Assembly (NCBI GenBank): GCA_964035545.1
Contig: OZ037771.1
Span: 8,053,408-8,117,407 of the forward strand
From: Bugula neritina
Taxonomy: Eukaryota; Animalia; Bryozoa
Length of the DNA stretch: 64,000 bases
Direction of reading: 5' to 3'
Both the position numbers and the translations under genes were made by a program. The notes beneath the pieces are model-generated. The model saw nothing but the letters and a program-made list of their open reading frames with translations, was not told the DNA's origin and ran no database searches. Every line of letters starts with the position of its first letter. Positions within the stretch are counted from its first letter, which is position 1. Positions 55,661 to 64,000 of the stretch are shown here, one piece after another.

Positions 55661-58095
55661 TGTTATAATGTCACATAGAGTTCACATCTTATTAGCTATA
55701 ATTAGTAGATATATGACTTCTATGTGAATCATGCATTTCTTTATTATTGTCATAGTCAGCATCTATATATGATGCTTGTGTAGTTATTGCTAAAGAGTTG
55801 GTTAGTTGCTAGATTCCAAAGTGATATTATCATTTTATATTCATAGTAGTTGTATCAAATAAATCAATACGTAATACATTACAAGTCAGCACCATCTTGT
55901 CACACACCATCACGCATACCATTATAACATGGTCTCAGGATATTAGAACCGCCTGCCAGGGGTATTTGGATATGTCTGTGACAGTAAGTAATAGATAAAC
56001 TATGGCTGAAGGGGGGACAGAGCAATATTCCGAAGGCCCATTGTTCCGAAGGTGCATTAGTCCGAAGGTGCATTAGTCCGAAGGTGCATTAGTCCGAAAA
56101 TTAGTAGAATTATTAGAATTAAAATTATTTATTGAACATTTCAAAAAGTTGCTTTGAGCAGCAGGAAGATCTACAACATGGTTTTCAAATTTTAGTTTAG
56201 GTGAGGTTTTATTTGGCAGGACTGAATTATTATATACTAATAATGTTGCCCTTATCTACATATCTTGTGGAGTTATTTGGTTTGGTGTATGGTGTGCAGC
56301 TTTGGTTATTTAGTTTTAGAGTAGCGTCCAAGATGTTTATTTTTTTTTCTTCAATGCTTGTATTTACTGATATTAAGAATAATAGCATAGAATAATGCAG
56401 TTTAGCAGCTTACAGATAATTTTAGAGATTAAATGTGATATCAAATAATTAACTGCCAAGCCAGAAATTTGCTATTTCATTCAATACCAATAATTTTTTG
56501 ACGCCAACTTCAAATGCAAACTATTTTTTATAAACTATGAGGTAAACTTTTACCAAGCTTATCATAAATACAGTATAGTAGACCCAAAATGTTTGCTTGG
56601 CTTTAATATTTTTACTTAAGTTTTTTAGTTAATAGTTAACATATGAAGGGCCTATATAAGCTGACTGACTGTAGCTAGGATAGAATTGCAGTCCCTATAG
56701 CCATTGAACTGGATATTTTGAGTTCATTGCCTATAGCTGTCGTTTTTATATGAACTGTGAAATAAAAATACTTATTAAATCATCCTTGCACAACACTTCA
56801 TACTTCAACACTTACAGATGAGGAGAAACTAATGCATAAATTACCAATTACAGGCTTGCTAGCTGACAGGCTAGTGAATAGCTTGCTGTGTACTTAGTTT
56901 ATGGAGCAGCCACAATGGAATGTTGATAGATGGTGCAGCCTTTAATTGAGGCAGGGTCATAGCGTAATCTCAGGCTAAAAAATTATAAGTAGGCCACATG
57001 CATGCCACCCACAGCTAGCAATAAGATAGCAAGATTGTGAGTGAAATTTATAATATTCTCAGTGATATAATACTATCTCTACTAATTTTCGGACTAATGC
57101 ACCTTCGGACCAATGCACTTTCGGAATAATGGACCTTCGGAGCAATGGGCCTTCGGAATATTGACTAGTCACCTTTACACCGGCTGAAGGAGGTGCTCTA
57201 AGGCCTCCATCAAACTTTCCATTAGCAAATTCGTCACAGAATCCAAATGACGCAAGTCAAAACTGGCTGGCATGGCTCGAACAGTTAGACTTTTATATGC
57301 TTACTGCCGAGAAGAACTCTAAGCCAGAAAAGGCTCAAGTAGCAACTCTGTTGACTATTCTGGGGGCCCAGGAACAGGAGCTGTTCAGAACATTCGATTT
57401 GTCGGAGGAAAACAAAGAAAAAATTGCTGAAGTCAAAGGCGCTTTCAGTAGATACTTTGCTCGGAAAATCAAAGAATTTGAGAGGTACAAATCATATAGC
57501 AGGATACAACAGACAGGTGAGCCACTCGACAAGTTCCCATCATCGCTGCGAAACCTAGTCGCAACTTGTAACTTTCATGCAGAGGAGAGAGACAAAGCTC
57601 TGCATGATAGAATAGTTTTCGGTATTCATTCTGAGGCAATACCGAAGAGCTATTTAATGTCACAGAAGATTTAACACTAGAGAGGTGTATAGCTATCTGC
57701 CAACGTTGGGAAGCAACAAAGCAGTATCTTGAAATTTCAATGCATCAAGTGTTGATGCTGGATTCAAAGCTCACGCAGTCAATGACCAAGTCAAAGCCAA
57801 GTATAATTATCAGTCATCACGTCCCACTCAACATCCAAGAAGTACAGCACAGCCTACGTCCAAGCCTATAACGAACTGCAAATATTGTGCAGGCACACAT
57901 CAACCACCACGCAAACGCCCTGCATACGATAAACAATGCAATAGCTGTGGTCGTAAAGGACATTATGCAAAGGTATGTCTATCAAAGAAGGACAGCACGG
58001 TGGCAAACAAACCGAAAGTACATGAAGTAACTGCAGAAAATCCGGATGTAGTATACACATTACATAATGCTGCTACAAATCAGAAGGAGTGGTAT
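55661..58095 (+). mobile_element. Gypsy (Mag/K02A2.6-like) element: 5' LTR, PBS and decayed gag, interrupted twice
   Basis: LTR 55661-55929 with tgttataat..attataaca ends, then the PBS-like tggtctcagga. The gag ATG at 56002 rejoins the frame at 57191 once the insert is removed (MAEGGALRPPSNF..NWLAWLEQ..). Zinc knuckle CNSCGRKGHYAKVC. Cut at KEWY by the next LTR. Confidence 0.85.
56013..57181. mobile_element. Non-autonomous Mutator-like element with subterminal tandem repeats
   Basis: 9-bp TSD ggctgaagg (56004-56012 and 57182-57190); inverted subterminal arrays of ccgaaggtgcattagt. Confidence 0.8.
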
Positions 58096-61000
58096 TGTAG
58101 TGAATTTTGCCAGTTCACTATTATTATGTGTGGGTCGACTTAATCAAAGCCACTGCACCAGGTTGTTTACGATAAGATACTTTATTATTTACACAAATAA
58201 AAGAAGGTTATTTACTGCTAGCATGAATAGAAAACGATTACATAATTAGTGAGCTTTAATACACAACTACTCTGAATGAAGTCCCAAGCTGCTCTGCCGG
58301 CTAGCTACTCAGCGCACTGCAACTACGAGTAGCTAGCTCCACCTGCTATCAATTAGTGTGACTGTCCTGATTGGTGGTTACTAGTGGTGCCACTGCTGTC
58401 CATAGCTACAATCCGACAGGGTCAAACTCACAATATAATAAACAATATAAAGTGAACCTTTTCGATTAATACAATAATAATTTCACCACTAAAATCTATC
58501 ACACTCGCCACACCTATCGAAAAGTACACTCTACGATTGATGCTTGTATGACACATAATCTCAAAAAAATAAAAGGAAATAAAAGTAAAATAAAATAAAA
58601 GATCAAAACAACACAGGAATGAGAGAACACAAAATATGTGTGCCAAATGATGTCCATGTTGTAACACGATCGATCCGGGTCCGTCACAGGGTAGGGGGGG
58701 TCTCTCACCAAATAATGTAGGGTAGCATGAACTTAGGGAGAAGGAGATGTACTGCTTCACACTCGTCTAGTCGAAGCCAAGCGATGGGGGTCGAGGAGTC
58801 CCCAGAAGAATCAAGCGTGGCAAAGGAGTCTCTCCCAAAGGGGGGAGAGAAGGAAAAGGGGGTTGGAGAGTACGAAGGAATCTCCCCAAAGGGGGGGAGA
58901 TGGAGGGGGGTTGACTGGTCTCTTCACTACCAACGTCTACCTCGTCGCCGTCGAATTCCCAAAAGGAGGAAAGGAAAGACTTCTTCATCTTAACTTCTAT
59001 TTTTACTTTTAACTTCATGTAGGAATCTTTAATATTACTTCTTCTTCTTATTATTATTTTATACGGTTTTATTATTAGGATGTAGCCACAGGAGAGAAAA
59101 GAGAGGAGCTACTCTGTCTATACCGGAACGTGATCACCAGAGGAGGAGAGGGAAGAACTACTGTGTCAGTTGTCTCTGGCACTTCTGTTATGACAACCAT
59201 CAGCACCGCTGTCATGTAGCTACAGGAATCGAGTCAAGCAGCCAGCATCTAGTCGAAAGTGGAGATGAATGATGTGACTGCGCTATGCCAGGAGAAGGAA
59301 TTTGGCCCCGCCATTCCAGTCTCACCTGCAACAGAATGCCAGCAACTGTTGAAGGGGTTTGCACCTGTCAGTACGACACCTCAACTGAGTCTCGCAATCA
59401 CTAACCACTGATTAATAATTAAATCATGTGGTCGACCGCCCCACTCAAGTCGTCAGTGAATCACCTGACTTGGGAAATCAACTTTATCGTTATGATAAAG
59501 CGAGACTGATTTAGGCTACCAGCTTGAATTCTACTTAAGTAATAGAATTATACTAGTAGACTTACCATAAGACAGCCCTGACTTTAGTCTGCTGCCCACT
59601 TAGGCTACGTAGTGCGCCAGCCTGCCAAGTACGTGCGTGCACGTTGGCAGTTGAATCAGAAAAGAACGCTTTTCGCAGTGAAAGTGATTGTATAATGCCC
59701 CTTTCACTAGCAAGCTGACTTCGCTCTTTTCTTACCCCCGGTGGTGTTTTGTGTCACACCACTGGGGTAGGCAACTCACAATTGCGTCTCCTTATATCTT
59801 GGAAATGCAACTCTCAATTGCTCGTCCCCCCAGATTTCTTTTATGATAGCTGATGGATGTTTTTCCACTGCATCACACAAGAAATCTTTTAAATAAGATG
59901 GAGGCGCCCTAGTGCGTTGCCTACGCTCCAACTGCACTGGGGAATTTGCTACGACTGGCGACTCTTCCACCAGGGGTGGTGTCGCCAGTACGGGGGGGTC
60001 CACCAGTACGGGTGGTCCTCCCCCAGCTGCCTCTTCCTCATGATTTTGAGGAATTTCCATCTCATCCGGGACGATGGGCCTGTCGACCGGCTCCACAGGT
60101 GGTGGGGCCGGCTCCGACAGGTCTTCAGGTGTGTCGACCTCCTCTTGCTGGGGTGGAGGAGGCTGGGGCTGGTCGGCCGACGCATCAGCCGCCCCGTCCT
60201 GGTCTGGCATTATCTCCTCAATCTCTCGATACGCCATGGGTCGCCCCCTCATAGGAGGGCGCCTAGCTGGCTCTAAGAGAGGAGGTGCTTGACCTGCCGT
60301 CTCAGGACTTGCCCAGTGAGGTTTTAGCCGTGCCTCGTTCTGGATCGACACTTGTCCAGACCGTTCCACTTTGTATGTATGGTTTGGCATTACCTCAAAT
60401 ACGCAGTAGGGACCTACGAACTTCGGCTGCAACTTGGCTGCCTGTCCGCGCCTGCGGCGATGACTGGTCATCCAGACCCAGTCCCCCACCTTGTATAAAA
60501 GTGGGTCGTCAGAGTCACCACTCTTGACCTGCCACTGCTGCTCACGTAGCACCTCGTGAGCTGTCCCCATGCGTTTTACGAGCTTGTCCACGTAGTCGTG
60601 GACATTGCTCTCGGGAGTCGGAACATGATAGGTTACGTGCTCAGGAACCCTTGTTTCTCTCCCCAGCATGAGAAAATTAGGGGTCTCCAGTGTACTGGAG
60701 TGAGGGGTACTACAGTACGCTCGCATGATTTGCGGCAACACCAAGTTCCACTCTTCCTGGCTCCTACCGATAAGCAGGCTTCTCAGAGAGTCCCCTAGCA
60801 TTCGGTTGTTCCGCTCCACAACCCCGTTCCCTTGCGGGTGATACGGGGTCGTCCGACTCTGGTTTACCCCCCACACTTTACAGAGATTGCTCATGAGTTG
60901 CGACTGAAACTGGGCGCCTTGGTCAGAGTGTATCTGCTCCGGCAAGCCGAAATAGCAGAACACCTGCTGATCCAAGGCTCTGGCCACCGAGGGGGCCGAC

Positions 61001-64000
61001 GCATCTGGGATAGCCAGTGCATCAGCCCACCGCGTGAAATGGTCAGTTAATACCAGTATCCAGTTATTACCTCTCGCTGTTGTGGGCATGGGGCCTACCA
61101 GATCGACAGCAACCACCTGCCACGGACGACCGGCATGGAGGCGACGCCTCCCTGCGGTCTCAGTGGGGCGGCCATGCTTGCTAGCTTGGCACACCTTGCA
61201 CTTCCGCACCCGGAGTCGGACATCCCGGGTCATACCGGGCCAAAACCACTGGAGTTGAAGACACCTGATCACCCGGCTAGCTCCTGCGTGAGCTTGCTTA
61301 TGGGTGTCCCAGATCAACTCCCGCCTCAGAGCTGACGGGCAGACTACCCTCTCTCGTTCACTGCGATTGGTGCCGGCTGCCAACGTGATCGTTAGCAGCC
61401 CATCGCTGTTGAACCTGAGGGAGTCCCAGCGGTCACAGAAGTACTTAAACTCAGTACTCTTCACTCGCTGTTTGGCCTCACTCGGCCGCCGTCCCTCCTT
61501 CTTGGCCCGGACTAGGTCAGCTACCACTTCTGGTAGCGTAGACTGGAGCCGACATAGCTCTCTGACGTTCCGAAGCAACGTGGGGTTTGCGTGAAGGTTG
61601 TTAACAGCTTTGTTGGGCGATTCGGACAGGAGTTGCCCTTCTTCCCAGCTGTACACACCCGCTTTCCCCAACTGCGCTTCGACGTCCGAGCGAGGGGGTC
61701 CACCATCCCTGCGCTCGATATTCTGGCATTGCTTACACCCATCTGCCTGGCGGCGGCTGAGTCCATCTGCATTACCGTGTTTCTTACCGGGTCGATGCTC
61801 GATCCGATAAGAAAACTCTGCCAGGATCTCTAGCCAGCGCGCCACTTGGCTTGATGGTTCTGCCCGTCGACACAGCCATATCAGGGACGCATGATCCGTC
61901 CGAAGCCGGAATGTGCGCCCATATAGATATGGTCTAAAGTGTTTGACCGTCTTGACTACTGCCAAGAGTTCCCTCCTGGTTGTACAGTAGTTCTTCTCAG
62001 GCGCCGACAGGGCCTTGCTATAGTAAGCCACCACCACCTCGCGACCATCTTGGACCTGCGATAGCACAGCCCCCACATTATGGTTACTGGCATCAGTATC
62101 CAAAATGTACTCCTTCGCAGGGTCAGGATACGCCAAGATGGGTGCTTCCACCAGGCGATCCTTCAGGTGGTCAAATGCCTTCTGCTCAGCCTGCGTCCAC
62201 TGCCATCGCACCCCCTTTGCGGTCAGCTGATTTAACGGCTGTGCAATTCCGGCGAAGTCTGGTATGTACTGACGATAGTACCCTACCAGCCCCAGGAACG
62301 CCCGCAATTCAGAGAGGTCGACAGGAACGGCCCAGTCCCTCACAGCCCGTACCTTCTCGGGGTCGGTGGCGACCCCGTCTCGACCAACTACATGGCCCAG
62401 GTACTTGACCTCGAGTTGCAGTAATGCACACTTCGAGGGTTTTAGCTTCAGGCTAGCAGCTCGGAGTCTGTCGAACACCTCCCTGAGTCGACTGACATGT
62501 GTGTCGAAGTCGGGGGAGATGACGATGACATCATCGAGATAGATGAGCAAGGTCTTCCAGTGCAGTCCACTCAGGACCTGCTCCATGAGTCGCTGGAAGG
62601 TGGCTGGTGCGGACGTAAGTCCGAATGGCAACACCTTCCATTTCCAGAGCCCATCCCGCGTTATAAACGCGGCCTTGTCCTGTGTTTCAGGACTCAGGGG
62701 CACCTGCCAATACCCGCTTAGCAAGTCCAACGTGCTGAAGAACTTGCTACCAGCTAAGGCATCGAGCGACTCATCGATCCTCGGGAGAGGGTAAGCGTCC
62801 TGGATGGTCACGCTGTTCAGCCTGCGATAGTCAACGCAAAACCCCCAGCTACCATCCTTTTTCCGAACCAGGACGACTGGAGAACTCCAGGCCCCATGGC
62901 CTGGCTCAATCAGGTCCCGGTTCAGAAGGTCTTGCACCTGACGGCTCACTTCTCTCTCCTTCTCAGGACCTAACCGGCGGGTCGGCTGCCGAATCGGCAC
63001 CGTCCCCGCCGCCAGGGGTATCTCATGACAGACAGTCTCAGTCAGACCCATGTCATGGTCGCCGCAACTAAACACGTCCTTGTACTCAGAGAGTAGCCGC
63101 GCCATCTCCAGGCGTTCTCGCTTGCTCTCACAGCCATCACAGGCATCCTCGTACAACTCTGCTACGTGTTCAGGCACCGGCCCCCTGCCGTCTCTAGTGG
63201 GTACTCCCCGGGCGTTGTCCGCTGTCTCCAGCGCGGGCCCTACATCCTCCTCTTGCACGGAGTGGAACTTCCCTACTAGAGACCCAGCCGGTAATTCTAC
63301 CGGCTCCGTGAAAGGGTTTACGCACTGGACCAGGAACTCCCCCCGCTCATCCAGTCTATTCAGACTGTTAGCGAGCTGGACGCCCCCCAGTGCACCTTCC
63401 ACCACTCCGAGCTCGGAGATTTCCCTACAGTTCACTCTGCAGCGAACTGTAGCCCGGGAGCGCCCAGGTACAGTACAGCGCTGTACCACCTGCACTCCCC
63501 CCACCAAGGGTCGGCCAAATCGGTCGACACAGGCCAGCTCACGCCCCGCCATCACTACTGCCGACTTGCTAAAGTCTATGTAGCACCTGTGTCGTTTCAG
63601 AAATGGCATGCCCAAGATGGCATCCTCCTTGAGTTGACTGACGATGAAGGTCTCACTGATCATCTGATCACGGACTCTACCAGTCAACTGGATTACCCCA
63701 TAGAAAGGAATACACGACCCGTCCGCCAACGTGCCGTGCTCCCCTTCATATGGTTCTAGGCTAACCCTGTCCCTGGCACTGAGAGTGTCGAAGAGACGTC
63801 AACTCAGTAGATTTGTGGTGCACCCAGTATCCAACAGGAATGTGGCAGCTTTACCAGCAGTTTTGCCGGGGAGGAAATAGCTGCTTCCATATGGCTGAGC
63901 GCTCACTGAGCGGTTTGTCTCTTGAGGCGACACCTCATGTGCATGGAGTTGGGGATGCACCTGTGCTTTTCGGTTGCGAGGGGGTCGTCGACGTTGCATG
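58096..64000 (-). mobile_element. Gypsy LTR retrotransposon (3' LTR and pol; continues beyond the window)
   Basis: LTR 58096-58410 (tgtag..ctaca) inserted in the Mag-like element; long pol ORF. Confidence 0.93.
59776..63999 (-). CDS. pol: Gypsy Pol (protease-RT-RNase H-integrase) with one in-frame TGA at 63799-63801
   Basis: Motifs FLLDTG, FCVDYRRLN, PFGL, YLDD, DTDAS, RELLA, TDH, HKQAH..CKVC, DLVGP, SDQG, VER and KFVGPY; ORFs 63799-63999 and 59776-63729 share one frame. Confidence 0.93.

Noticed and set aside
59917-63583. Numerous plus-strand ORFs over the Gypsy pol
   Set aside because: Antisense shadows of a GC-rich coding region with no motifs.
63799-63801. Programmed readthrough in Gypsy pol
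   Set aside because: The TGA lies inside the protease domain, and CGA-to-TGA decay is the simpler explanation.

Overview
AT-rich eukaryotic (invertebrate-animal-like) genomic DNA with spliceosomal introns and heavy, nested transposon content. I reconstructed two intact-looking multi-exon genes on the + strand by hand. The first (about 0.4-8.3 kb) encodes a ~708-aa probably secreted protein: an NHL-type beta-propeller, four exon-encoded two-Cys repeats and a Cys-containing C-terminal domain. The second (14.8-37.6 kb) encodes a ~663-aa atlastin/GBP-family (GB1/RHD3) GTPase with a long coiled coil, a C-terminal hydrophobic hairpin, a perfectly duplicated exon, and an RD-to-KN change in the G4 guanine-specificity motif. 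Also present: a decayed C2H2 zinc-finger gene, a 4-exon orphan ORF present as an inverted pair bracketing the GTPase locus, two Penelope-like elements each with a hammerhead ribozyme, three Gypsy-type LTR elements, Tc1, hAT-like, Harbinger-like and foldback elements, RTE fragments and many simple repeats. The strongest candidates for novelty are a 6.9-kb Mutator-like element (TIRs, 9-bp TSD) carrying an intron-containing USP deubiquitinase cargo, a Gypsy element with a third ORF encoding tandem C2H2 zinc fingers, and the G4-variant GTPase. All gene models are manual and unverified by transcripts. Most of the supplied ORF track is microsatellite or antisense noise.
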